64,000 nt of DNA from Microbacterium sp. (GTDB lineage: Bacteria > Actinomycetota > Actinomycetes > Actinomycetales > Microbacteriaceae): NCBI RefSeq assembly GCF_036823965.1, contig NZ_DAITBE010000012.1, positions 18,522 through 82,521 of the forward strand. Direction: 5' to 3'. How positions within the stretch are numbered: position 1 is the stretch's first letter; each line of letters begins with the position of its first letter. This document shows positions 18,038 through 27,965 of this stretch, one piece after another. A program made the position numbers and the translations under genes. The notes under the pieces were generated by a model. It was not told the DNA's origin and ran no database searches. It saw only the letters and a program-made list of their open reading frames with translations.

Positions 18038-19465
18038 TCAGCGCTTGCGCGCGATCGGCCGTGAGAGGCCGATCGCGTTCAGCGCGTCCGCGGCCAGCTT
18101 GCGCTTGAGCTCGAGCGCCTCGCCGATCTCGGCCGCGAGCCGTGGACGCGTCTGGATCAGCTGATCGATGATCGCCAGCGGCACTGACAGGACGGTCAGG
18201 ATGTCGGATGCCACGGCGACCGTCTGCGTGCGCTCCCTGGTCAGCGCGGTGTGCCCGATCATGTCACCGTGCTCCGCGACGGCGAAGTCGACTCGACCAC
18301 CATCGGCCTCGATGCCGAGCGCGGCACGACCCGAGACCACGATCAGCACGCGGTCAGGCACGACGCCGGAGCCCAGCACGAGCTCACCGACGCCGTATCG
18401 CTCGAGCCTGGTGCCGGCGAGGATCGCCTCACGGTCCTCGTCGCGAAGGTGCAGCGTCGGGCCGACCTTCTCGATGGCCTCGGCCAGCCGAGCGGGCTCG
18501 GCGATCGGATCGGTCGCGTCGCCGTCGAGCGCGAACCCACGGCGTCGTGACGCGTACCAGAGCCACGACAGGTACAACGAGAGCGCACGCTGCGCCTCCC
18601 CCGGGGCGTTCACGGGAATCGTGACCTCGTAGGCGCCCTTGCCGATGTAATCCACCTCGGCGCGTTCCTCCTGCAGGCGCATCGGCAGCGCCTCGGCGAC
18701 CTCGGCCAGCAGCGCCATGACCTCGTGCGGCGGGTCGTCGGTCGTGAAGGCGACGGTCGTCGTGGCCGAGTAGGTGCCGCTCGGCGCACTCATGTTCGTG
18801 AACGATGCACCGGAGAGCGTGGAGTTCGGCACGATCTGGATGCTGTTGCCGGTCTGGATGTGCACGGCGCGCCAGTTCACCTCGACCACGCGCCCCTTCA
18901 CGCCACCGGTGTCGAGCCAGTCGCCGATCTTGAAGGGCTGTTCGAACAGCAGCAGCAGGCCTGAGATGACACCGCCGACCGCGTTCTGCAGTGCGAGGCC
19001 GATCACGATCGACCCGACGCCGAGCGCCGTGAAGAGCCCCCCGACATCGGCCTCCCACACCCAGGAGAACAGCAGCGCGAGGCCGAGAGCCACCAGCACG
19101 AGCCGGGCGATCTCGAGGAAGATCGACGGGATGCGCTTGCGCCAGGAGTCGGGCGCCGCATTCGCGAACAGCGCGACGTTGAACGACGAGAGCACCAGCA
19201 GGATCACGAGGAAGCCGAACACCGTCGCGACCACTCGGGTCCAGACCTGGTCTGCCGGTGACTGGATCGCGAATGCCAGCAGCGCGAACAGCGCGCCGGC
19301 GGGGATCACGCCGTTGCGCAGCAGCCGCAGCGGTCCGGCGATCGGGCTGTTGCGCCGCCGCAGCCCGTTGATCAGCTCGGTGAGGACGACGAGCAGCACC
19401 GGCACGCCGACGGCGATCGCGATGACCCACCAGCCCCACCCGTCACGGAAGGCCTCGTCGAGCAT
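18038..19465 (-). CDS. MscS-family mechanosensitive channel with C-terminal cyclic-nucleotide-binding-like domain (bCNG-type architecture)
   Basis: Track ORF trimmed to Met27 (MLDEAFRDGWGWW). MscS pore/beta-domain signature GSIVIGLALQNAVGGVISGLLLLFEQPFKIGDWL...GRVVEVNWRAVHI. C-terminal beta-roll GELVLGSGVVPDRVLIVVSGRAAL...GDMIGHTALTRERTQTVAVA. The start lies 1 nt after the stop of the upstream cyclase gene. Confidence 0.85.
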   Translation of the reverse strand: MLDEAFRDGWGWWVIAIAVGVPVLLVVLTELINGLRRRNSPIAGPLRLLRNGVIPAGALFALLAFAIQSPADQVWTRVVATVFGFLVILLVLSSFNVALFANAAPDSWRKRIPSIFLEIARLVLVALGLALLFSWVWEADVGGLFTALGVGSIVIGLALQNAVGGVISGLLLLFEQPFKIGDWLDTGGVKGRVVEVNWRAVHIQTGNSIQIVPNSTLSGASFTNMSAPSGTYSATTTVAFTTDDPPHEVMALLAEVAEALPMRLQEERAEVDYIGKGAYEVTIPVNAPGEAQRALSLYLSWLWYASRRRGFALDGDATDPIAEPARLAEAIEKVGPTLHLRDEDREAILAGTRLERYGVGELVLGSGVVPDRVLIVVSGRAALGIEADGGRVDFAVAEHGDMIGHTALTRERTQTVAVASDILTVLSVPLAIIDQLIQTRPRLAAEIGEALELKRKLAADALNAIGLSRPIARKR

Positions 19466-19466
19466 G

Positions 19467-21626
19467 TCAGGCCACCTTCCAGACCGTCTCGGCCTTGCCG
19501 TGGGTCTCGATCGTTCCCGCCTCGACGAAGGTGAAGATCTCACGCGAGCGGTCGTACACGGTCTGGCTCACGTAGATGCCGGGTTCTCCTGTGACCGAGC
19601 GCACCCGGTAGGCGAGGTTCACGGCGTCGCCCCAGAGGTCGTAGGCGAGACTCGTGCGTCCGACCAGGCCGCTCGTGACCGTGCCGGTGTCGACACCGGC
19701 ACGGAGGCCGATCGCCGAACCGTTCTGGGCGTTGAACCGCTCGATCACGCCGAGCAGGTTGCGGGCGAAGTCGACGCTGCGCCGCACGTTGTCGACCCGC
19801 GGCACGACCAGTCCGGACGACGCGAGGTAGCCGCCGCGGAGCGTGCGGACCTTCTCGACCCCGGCCTTCTCCGCCGCCTCGTCGAAGCCGCGCATCAGCG
19901 TGTTCAGATGGCCGATCTCCTGATCGCCGGAGAGTCCGCGGGCGTAGTCGTCGAAGCCGATCAGCTCGGCGAACACGACCGACACGTTCTCGTGCGCCTC
20001 GGAGATCGTCTCGTCGCCCTGCTTGTACTTCGTCGCGACGCTCTCGGGCATGAGCGTGAGCAGCAGCTTCTCGTTCTCGGCCTGCTGGTCCTCGATCAGC
20101 TCCTGCTTGATGCGCAGGCTCGACGCCATGTCGTTGAACGCGCTGCCGAGGTCGCCGAACTCATCGCGAGAGCCCTGCGGCACCTGCACGTCGAGATCGC
20201 CCTCGGCGACACGATGCACGGCGCCGACGAGTCGATGGATGGGCCTCGTGAAGACCTGCGCCAGCAGCAGCGACAGCAGCGAGACGCCGAGCAGGATGCC
20301 GAGCAGCGAGAGCAGCACGATCCTCGTGAACTCGCTCACCGGCGCGAAGGCCTCTGCGGAGTCGATGCGCGCGACGATCACCCAATCGAGACCGTCGATC
20401 TCCAGGGGTGCATAGGCGGTCACGCTGTCACCGCCGAGATAGTCCCGTCCGGTCGTGGTGCCGCTGCGGCCGGTCTGCGCCTCCGCGACGGCCCTGGTGT
20501 TGATCGGCTGGAGCAGCACGCTGCCGCCCACCTCGATGATCCGTTTGGCGACGCTCGGCGGCGTGCCGCCGTTGATCGCGAGCTGTTCGTAGTGCTCCGG
20601 GTCCTCGATGAGTCGTCGGGCGTTGCTGCGCATCAGGTCGTCTCGCCCGACCAGGTACACCTCGCCGGTGTCCCCGAGCCCCTGCGCCTTCCAACCCTCC
20701 GATCCCGTCGTGAGGTCGTTGATGGTCTCGATCGACACCTGGAACGCCATCACGCCGGTGATCCGGCTGCTGTTGCCGACCGGCGACAGCACCCACATGG
20801 TCGGAACGTTGAGCGACGGGATCCAGCGCTCGAAGTCGGTCAGGACGACCGTGCTGACCGAGTTCGTGGCGATCGCATCCACGTACGCCTTCGCCAGGGA
20901 TGTGTCGCGGTACGGTCCGGCGAGGAGATTGGTGCCGAGCTCGGCGCCCTTGTAGGCGGAGAACACGACGTCGCCGTCGAGATTCATCAGCAGCGCGTCC
21001 TCATAGCCCGCTTCGTTGACGAGGCGCGTGTAGTAGTCGCCGTAGCGCTCGCTGGCGATGGCGTAGGCACTGCCGTCACCGGGGTCGTTGTCGTTCAGGA
21101 GGGTGTCGTAGTCCTCGTCGAAGTCGGTGTTCTCGACCGTGAACTTCGTCTGCAGGTACTGTCCGGCCGGGGATTCCGGGATGAACGCACTGTCCCCGTA
21201 CTGGTCGCCGGTGCGGGTCTCGAGCTCCGGGATGAACGTGTCGGTGTAGTACGCCTCGAGCTGCGCTCGCTCCTCGGGCGTCACCTCCCGCTGCTGGAGC
21301 TCCTCGAAGCCCGCGTTCACCTCGGTGGACAGTGTCTGCGCGCTGAGGTTGCGCGAGTGCAACGAGGCATCCCGCTTGATGCCCTCGATCGCGTCCGTGA
21401 TCTCGGCGGCGCGCATCGAGCGGATCGTGATGAGCTGATCGACCGCCGCGTCGTGCAGCGACTGCCGACCGTTCATGAAGCCGATGGCTCCGACGATCAC
21501 CGACGACACCAGGCTCACCGCCAGGAGCATGATGAGGAGTTTCGACTGGATGCTCAACCCGGCGCGGACCCGCTTCGGTCGCCCTTCGCCAGCGCTCTTC
21601 GTGGTGCTCACACCGGTGTCGCTCAT
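19467..21626 (-). CDS. membrane sensor protein: TM, large extracytoplasmic Cache-like domain, TM, HAMP, class III nucleotidyl cyclase-like domain
   Basis: 719 aa. TM1 LLIMLLAVSLVSSVIVGAIGF. Extracytoplasmic region of about 380 aa with Cache-like strands (DGDVVFSAYKG, GVMAFQVSIETINDL, GEVYLVGRDDLMRSN, DWVIVARID). TM2, then HAMP (RPIHRLVGAVHRVAEGDLDVQVP...DEFGDLGSAFNDMASSL). Cyclase-homology domain HENVSVVFAELIGF...VRTLRGGYLASSGL...YDLWGDAVNLAYRV. Confidence 0.85.
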   Translation of the reverse strand: MSDTGVSTTKSAGEGRPKRVRAGLSIQSKLLIMLLAVSLVSSVIVGAIGFMNGRQSLHDAAVDQLITIRSMRAAEITDAIEGIKRDASLHSRNLSAQTLSTEVNAGFEELQQREVTPEERAQLEAYYTDTFIPELETRTGDQYGDSAFIPESPAGQYLQTKFTVENTDFDEDYDTLLNDNDPGDGSAYAIASERYGDYYTRLVNEAGYEDALLMNLDGDVVFSAYKGAELGTNLLAGPYRDTSLAKAYVDAIATNSVSTVVLTDFERWIPSLNVPTMWVLSPVGNSSRITGVMAFQVSIETINDLTTGSEGWKAQGLGDTGEVYLVGRDDLMRSNARRLIEDPEHYEQLAINGGTPPSVAKRIIEVGGSVLLQPINTRAVAEAQTGRSGTTTGRDYLGGDSVTAYAPLEIDGLDWVIVARIDSAEAFAPVSEFTRIVLLSLLGILLGVSLLSLLLAQVFTRPIHRLVGAVHRVAEGDLDVQVPQGSRDEFGDLGSAFNDMASSLRIKQELIEDQQAENEKLLLTLMPESVATKYKQGDETISEAHENVSVVFAELIGFDDYARGLSGDQEIGHLNTLMRGFDEAAEKAGVEKVRTLRGGYLASSGLVVPRVDNVRRSVDFARNLLGVIERFNAQNGSAIGLRAGVDTGTVTSGLVGRTSLAYDLWGDAVNLAYRVRSVTGEPGIYVSQTVYDRSREIFTFVEAGTIETHGKAETVWKVA

Positions 21627-21752
21627 CCGCCGCCCTCCGTCGCCACGCCTCGAAGAGGCGCCCCTGGTGAGGAGGCTACCGATATACCGGGCCGTCGATC
21701 CAGCGTTCTTCCGAGAATGTCATCGCAGCGACACGAACCGCGATGAATCGAC

Positions 21753-22421
21753 TCAGCCCGGAAGCAGCGCCATGATCTCCCGGTGCACATGCCGGAACCA
21801 CTGCTCGGCGGCATCCCCATCCCTCGACACCATGGCGGCCCGCATCTGCCGGTAGCACTCGCCGCGTGACTCCGCCGTGCCCAGCATGACGTCGGTGCCA
21901 CGCAGGTTCCTGGTGACCAGCAGGTCGGCCGCGTACATCCCTGAGACGAAGAGCGGATTGCCGGACTGCCTGGTGAGGAACCCGACGAACATGCGGGCAG
22001 AGAGCATGAGGTCGGCCGCGTGATCGACGTCGGATGCCGCGATCATGCGATCGAGCAACGAGACGGCCTCGAGCATCGCGTCGTCATCCATCCGTCGCAC
22101 TGCGAGTTGGATGGCGACTCCTGCTTGGATGCCGGTGTATTCGAGCGTGTGCGCGATCGTCTCCGCGCTGACCGCGGTGACCTTGGTGAAGCGGTTCGGC
22201 GACACCTCGACGAGCCCGAGCCAGGAGAGATGCTGCAGCGCCTCCCGCACCGGAGTGCGGGAGATGTCGAGCGCCTCGGCGATCTCCTTGTCGCTCACCC
22301 GCTCTCCGGGGGCGAGCCTCCCGGACACGATCGCATCACTGATCGTCTCGAACACACGGTCGCCGAGCACTGCGCCCTGGCCCAACGGACCCAGCCTCGC
22401 CCGCAGGTGCGAATCGACCAT
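21753..22421 (-). CDS. GntR family transcriptional regulator (FadR/FCD subfamily)
   Basis: wHTH GERVSDKEIAEALDISRTPVREALQHLSWLGLVEVSPNRFTKV followed by a helical FCD-like domain. Met15 is preferred because of the purine-rich GGAAGGCAGGA upstream; Met8 or Met1 are possible. Confidence 0.8.
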   Translation of the reverse strand: MVDSHLRARLGPLGQGAVLGDRVFETISDAIVSGRLAPGERVSDKEIAEALDISRTPVREALQHLSWLGLVEVSPNRFTKVTAVSAETIAHTLEYTGIQAGVAIQLAVRRMDDDAMLEAVSLLDRMIAASDVDHAADLMLSARMFVGFLTRQSGNPLFVSGMYAADLLVTRNLRGTDVMLGTAESRGECYRQMRAAMVSRDGDAAEQWFRHVHREIMALLPG

Positions 22422-22528
22422 GATTCCTGCCTTCCCCGTCATCCGTGCGCCCCCAGAGCGCACCCGAGCCGTCGATGAATCGGGTGATCACGACAGCATC
22501 GGGTATGAGCCATGTATAGCGATATGTT

Positions 22529-22546
22529 GCCGCTTTCGAAAGCGGC
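22529..22546. promoter_or_regulatory. perfect 18-bp palindrome in the GntR / Pr6Pr divergent intergenic region
   Basis: GCCGCTTTCGAAAGCGGC, in the lowest-GC part of the 189-bp gap. Confidence 0.35.
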
Positions 22547-22610
22547 ATCCGCATCCGAAAACCGCAATCGCATCCCGCGACCGCACCGCTACAGTGGCGA
22601 CGGAGGCGAA

Positions 22611-23306
22611 ATGAAGACCTGGTGGCCCTACGCCCGCATCGCGGCATCCATCCTCGCACTGGCGGCGATCATCGCCCAGCTGGCGAGATCGATGCAGAAC
22701 GCGCTCGAGTCGAGCACCGAGTGGGGCTCGCACGTGCCGACGGTCGCGGCGAACTTCCTCAGCTTCTTCACGATCGAGGCGAACCTCCTCGCAGCCATCG
22801 TGCTGGCAATCGGTGCGATCTGGGCGCTCCGGCACCGTGGGTCGGACACCCCGGAGCCGCGCTGGTTCGCGATCCTGCTGGTCTGCGTGAGCACCTACAT
22901 GATCGTCACCGGCATCGTCTACAACATCCTCCTCCGCGGGGTGGAGCTCCCGCAGGGCGCGACCGTGCCGTGGTCGAACGAGGTGCTGCACGTCGTCATC
23001 CCGCTGTTCCTGCTCGTCGATGTGCTGTTCGCGCCTCGGCGCAGGGCGCTCGGGTGGAACGCCATCTTCATCACCGCGATCTTCCCGATCGTGTGGGCCG
23101 TCTACACGCTCGTCCGCGCGAACCTCATCGTCGCGCCGGCCACCGGCGATCCCTGGTGGTACCCGTATCCCTTCCTCGACCCGCACCGCGTCCCCGGCGG
23201 GTATCTCGGCGTCTCCGGCTACATCATCGGCATCGCGATCGCGGTGATCGGCGTCGCGGCCGGCGTCGTCTGGATCGGCCGCCGCCGCGGCACCCGCGCC
23301 CCCTGA
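22611..23306 (+). CDS. Pr6Pr-family (FAR-17a/AIG1-like) integral membrane protein
   Basis: Track ORF trimmed to Met34 (MKTWWPYARIAASILALAAIIAQL) with GGAGG upstream. Six predicted TM helices. NFLSFFTIEANLL motif. Confidence 0.6.
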   Translation: MKTWWPYARIAASILALAAIIAQLARSMQNALESSTEWGSHVPTVAANFLSFFTIEANLLAAIVLAIGAIWALRHRGSDTPEPRWFAILLVCVSTYMIVTGIVYNILLRGVELPQGATVPWSNEVLHVVIPLFLLVDVLFAPRRRALGWNAIFITAIFPIVWAVYTLVRANLIVAPATGDPWWYPYPFLDPHRVPGGYLGVSGYIIGIAIAVIGVAAGVVWIGRRRGTRAP

Positions 23307-23430
23307 CGCATCCTCCACCCGATCCCGCAGACGGGGGCGGCGGCCGGGCCGACCTCGGAGCCGATGCGGTTACGCTGTTTCCGGGGGCTGGACGTGACGT
23401 GCGCCTCCGGAAGATCGAGGGAGCCACCAG

Positions 23431-24519
<1,089 letters not shown>

Positions 24520-24528
24520 CCCGTCGAT

Positions 24529-24558
24529 CCTTCGACCCTCCGACGAGCTCAGGGACCC
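24529..24558. repeat. family A repeat fragment abutting the DUF58 start codon
   Basis: CCTTCGACCCTCCGACGAGCTCAGGGACCC immediately precedes ATG 24559. It shares the CGAC..GCTCAGGGACCC core with the copies at 29957-30044, 32323-32346, 36166-36187 and 39791-39858. Confidence 0.7.
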
Positions 24559-25446
24559 ATGGCCAGTCTGATCGCGCAGGTGAAGAGCAAGCTCTTCATC
24601 CATTCGTCGCGCACCTCGATGCATGCGCTCGACGGCGCCTACGCATCGCTGCTGCACGGGCGCAGTCTCGACTTCGAGGACCTGCGCAAGTACGAGTACG
24701 GCGATCAGGTGCGCGACATCGACTGGCGGGCGACCGCGCGGCTCGGCACTCCCCTGGTCAAGCGGCACAGGGCGACCCGCATGCACACCATCCTCTTCGT
24801 GGTCGACACCGGCAGGTCGATGGCCGCGCTGGCCGCCGATGAGCAGTCGAAGAAGGACCTGACGATCCTCGCGACAGGTGCCCTCGGCGTGCTGACCCTG
24901 CGCCATGGTGACGACTTCACCGCCGTGTACGGAGACGCCGCGCGCGTGCGTCGTCTCGCTCCCGGGCGCAGCGAGGGTGCGCTCGAGCACGCCCTGCGCA
25001 CGATCGATCGGGCGATCGACGAGAGCTCGCACCCGAGCGACCGCGACGCCCTGCTCTCGTATGTGACCCGCACGATCTCGCGCCGCATGATCGTGGTGGT
25101 CGTCACCGACGAGGCGCCGATCACCGACGAGACCGAGCGGATGCTGCGCCGACTGCGCGTGCAGCACGACGTGCTCTGGCTCACGGTCCGCGATGCCGAG
25201 CCGGTGCTCGACCACACGACCGACCGCAGCCGCCGAGACGTGGACAGCCGCTGGGAGGTGCCGGACTTCGTGCAGGGCGACCTGGGCATCGTGCAGGAGC
25301 TGGCGGCGCAGACCGCGGCGGATGCCGCGCACCTCGCCGAGACGCTGCAGCGCATGGAGATCAGTCACGCCGTGCTCGACGGACAGGCGGATGCGGTGGC
25401 GCAGCTGCTGCACCTGCTGAACCGGAGGTCGAATGCCCGGTTCTGA
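24559..25446 (+). CDS. DUF58 domain protein (MoxR-associated, VWA-like)
   Basis: GRSLDFEDLRKYEYGDQVRDIDWRATARLGTPLVKRH is the DUF58 hallmark. Confidence 0.85.
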   Translation: MASLIAQVKSKLFIHSSRTSMHALDGAYASLLHGRSLDFEDLRKYEYGDQVRDIDWRATARLGTPLVKRHRATRMHTILFVVDTGRSMAALAADEQSKKDLTILATGALGVLTLRHGDDFTAVYGDAARVRRLAPGRSEGALEHALRTIDRAIDESSHPSDRDALLSYVTRTISRRMIVVVVTDEAPITDETERMLRRLRVQHDVLWLTVRDAEPVLDHTTDRSRRDVDSRWEVPDFVQGDLGIVQELAAQTAADAAHLAETLQRMEISHAVLDGQADAVAQLLHLLNRRSNARF

Positions 25447-25921
25447 CGAGCTGTACCCCCCTGCCCAGTACGGCTGGGGATGGATGCTGCTGGCCATCGG
25501 CGTCCTGATCCTGCTGATCACGGCGGCCTGGCTGGTGATCATGCTGACCCGCCCGCGGCGCAGCATGATCATCGCCGATGCCGGGCAGCGGCCGGTGCTC
25601 ACCACCGATGTGCTCTCGCAGCTGCGGACGGAGTACTTCGAGCGCATCCAGCAGATCGAGACGGACTACCGCGAACGACGGCTGTCGCCCCGCAACGCCA
25701 ACCTCGAGCTCAGCCGAGTCGTGCGCACCTTCGTCAACGAGTACAGCGGCCTCGAAGCCCCGGTGCTCACGCTCGAAGATCTCAAGGCCCGTGGCGTGCA
25801 CCCCGCGCTGCTGGATGCGATGGGCCGCCACTACTACCCGAGCATCTTCCGCCAGGGGCCTCCGGTCGACCCGATCGCCGGCGCCGAAGCGGCGCGGACG
25901 GTGGTGCGCACATGGCACTAG
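25433..25921 (+). CDS. small single-pass membrane protein (occupies the DUF4381-like position of Bat-type operons)
   Basis: 162 aa with GGAGG upstream. N-terminal TM WGWMLLAIGVLILLITAAWLVIML. Overlaps both neighbours. Confidence 0.6.
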   Translation: MPGSDELYPPAQYGWGWMLLAIGVLILLITAAWLVIMLTRPRRSMIIADAGQRPVLTTDVLSQLRTEYFERIQQIETDYRERRLSPRNANLELSRVVRTFVNEYSGLEAPVLTLEDLKARGVHPALLDAMGRHYYPSIFRQGPPVDPIAGAEAARTVVRTWH

Positions 25922-26898
25922 CGAACCTCTGGGTGCTCCTCGCCGCGATCGGGGTGGCCGTGATCGCGATCGCGCTCGGTCTCGTCCTCGGACTGCGCCG
26001 CGGTGGTCACGCCGACCCCGCGGACGCCGCCCGCATCGCTCGCGCCGAACGACTGCGAGCACTCCCCTCCTTCCGCGAGGCACTCGTCCGCCGCACCGTC
26101 GCCCTGACCGGCATCCTCGCGATCGGGGTGATCACCGTCATCGCCGCGGGCGTCGTGGCCGCGCGCCCGATGTCGTCGCAGACGATCCAGCCGGTGAACA
26201 CCAGCCGCGACATCATGCTGTGCCTCGACGTGTCCGGCTCGATGAGCGAGGTCGACGTCGAGGTGCTGAGCGTGTTCGAGGAGCTGCTCGAGGACTTCGA
26301 GGGGGAGCGCATCGGGCTGACGATCTTCAACAGCTCGCCGGTGCAGATCTTCCCGCTGACCGATGACTACGACTTCATCCGCGGACACCTCGAGACCATG
26401 ATGCAGAGCTTCGACTACGTCGACGAGATCCCGGAGCACTGGGTCGGCACGCTGAACGGCAATGGCGCATCGCTGATCGGCGACGGGCTCGCCGCGTGCA
26501 CGATGGGCTTCGACCGCCCGGACGACCAGCGCTCGCGCTCGGTGATCTTCGCCACCGACAACGAGATCAACGGCGCCTCGATCGTCACGCTCGAGGAGGC
26601 AGCCGCGTTCGCCGCCTCGAAGGACGTGCGGGTGTTCGCGTTGAACCCCGTGCAGGGCAAGGATGCCGATGTCAGCGCCGAGCTGACCGCTGCTGCTGAG
26701 GCGACCGGGGGTGCGGCCTTCGGACTCCGCGACACGACGACCGTCGCCGACATCGTCGACCAGGTGCAGGAGCAGGAGGCGACGGAACTGCGCGGCGAGG
26801 CGCAGATCGTGTGGACCGACACCCCGAACCTCTGGATCGTCGTGCTGATGGCCGGGCTGCTCGCGTTCATCGTGGTGCTGTGGAGGGTGAGACTGTGA
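25912..26898 (+). CDS. VWA domain membrane protein (BatA-like)
   Basis: Track ORF 25480..26898 trimmed to Met145 (MALANLWVLLAAIGVAVIAIAL). MIDAS-like DVSGSM in IMLCLDVSGSMSEVD. C-terminal TM. Confidence 0.8.
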   Translation: MALANLWVLLAAIGVAVIAIALGLVLGLRRGGHADPADAARIARAERLRALPSFREALVRRTVALTGILAIGVITVIAAGVVAARPMSSQTIQPVNTSRDIMLCLDVSGSMSEVDVEVLSVFEELLEDFEGERIGLTIFNSSPVQIFPLTDDYDFIRGHLETMMQSFDYVDEIPEHWVGTLNGNGASLIGDGLAACTMGFDRPDDQRSRSVIFATDNEINGASIVTLEEAAAFAASKDVRVFALNPVQGKDADVSAELTAAAEATGGAAFGLRDTTTVADIVDQVQEQEATELRGEAQIVWTDTPNLWIVVLMAGLLAFIVVLWRVRL

Positions 26899-27965
26899 TC
26901 GTCCAGCCCGTCCTGCATCCGCTGCTGCTCCTGCTGCTGTTCGCCCCCGTGATCGCGCTGGTCGTCTGGGTGATCGTGCGACCTTCGCCCCGGAACGCTG
27001 CAGCTGGGTCCCTGCGCTCGTCGAAGGGGGCGCACCGCGGGCTCCGCTCGCACCGCACGGTCTGGTCGCTGCGCCTCGTCATGGTGCTCGCCTGCCTGGT
27101 GATGCTGCTGCGCCCTGGCATCCCGGGAGGCGCGACGCAGACCCTCGCGACCGACACCGACATCCTGCTGGTCGTCGACACCACATCGAGCATCGTGGCC
27201 GAGGACTGGGCCGACGGCCAGCCGCGCCTCGACGGCGTGCGCGACGACGTGGCGGCGTTGATCACCGAATACCCCGGCGCCCGGTTCGCGCTGGTCACCT
27301 TCGACGCGGCCGCGCAGCTGCGGATGCCGCTGACCACCGACACGACCGCGCTGGTCGGGTCGCTCGGGGTGCTGCGCCCCGAGGTCACCAGCCGATCGCG
27401 AGGCAGCTCGATCGGCATCGCGGCGCCGCTGGTCGCCGAGACGCTGAAGGCCGCGGCCGAATCGTCGCCGGACCGCTCGCGCATGGTGTTCTACTTCGGC
27501 GACGGCGAGCAGACCGCGACCTCGACGCCGGAGCCCTTCAGCGCGAGCGCGAAGTACACGGATGCCGGCGCGGTGTTCGGCTACGGCACCGCCGAGGGCG
27601 GACCGATGCGGATCACGAGCGGCGGACTCGGCACCGACGACTCCGGCTACATCGAGTACCAGGGCACTGACGCACGCTCGACCATCGACGAGGCGAACCT
27701 CGAGGCGGTGGCAGAGCAGCTCGGCGTCGAGTACCAGCACCGCACGGCCGACACCCCGCCGACGCTGCCGGAGGCGCCCTCGACCACGACCAGCTACGCC
27801 GAATCCGGCGAGGTCGGCAATGTCACCGAGCTGTACTGGATCGCGGCCCTGCTGATCGTCGCGCTGCTCGGCTTCGAGCTGACGAGAGCGACCATGCTGA
27901 TCGCCCGGCTGCGCGGGCTTCGCGCGCCGCGCCCTTCGCCCCGGCCGGACGGAGGTGCACGATGA
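26895..27965 (+). CDS. VWA domain membrane protein (BatB-like)
   Basis: GTG start at 26895 overlaps the preceding stop (GTGA). N-terminal TM helices. VWA core ILLVVDTTSSIVAED with DxTxS in place of DxSxS. C-terminal TM. Confidence 0.7.
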   Translation: MIVQPVLHPLLLLLLFAPVIALVVWVIVRPSPRNAAAGSLRSSKGAHRGLRSHRTVWSLRLVMVLACLVMLLRPGIPGGATQTLATDTDILLVVDTTSSIVAEDWADGQPRLDGVRDDVAALITEYPGARFALVTFDAAAQLRMPLTTDTTALVGSLGVLRPEVTSRSRGSSIGIAAPLVAETLKAAAESSPDRSRMVFYFGDGEQTATSTPEPFSASAKYTDAGAVFGYGTAEGGPMRITSGGLGTDDSGYIEYQGTDARSTIDEANLEAVAEQLGVEYQHRTADTPPTLPEAPSTTTSYAESGEVGNVTELYWIAALLIVALLGFELTRATMLIARLRGLRAPRPSPRPDGGAR

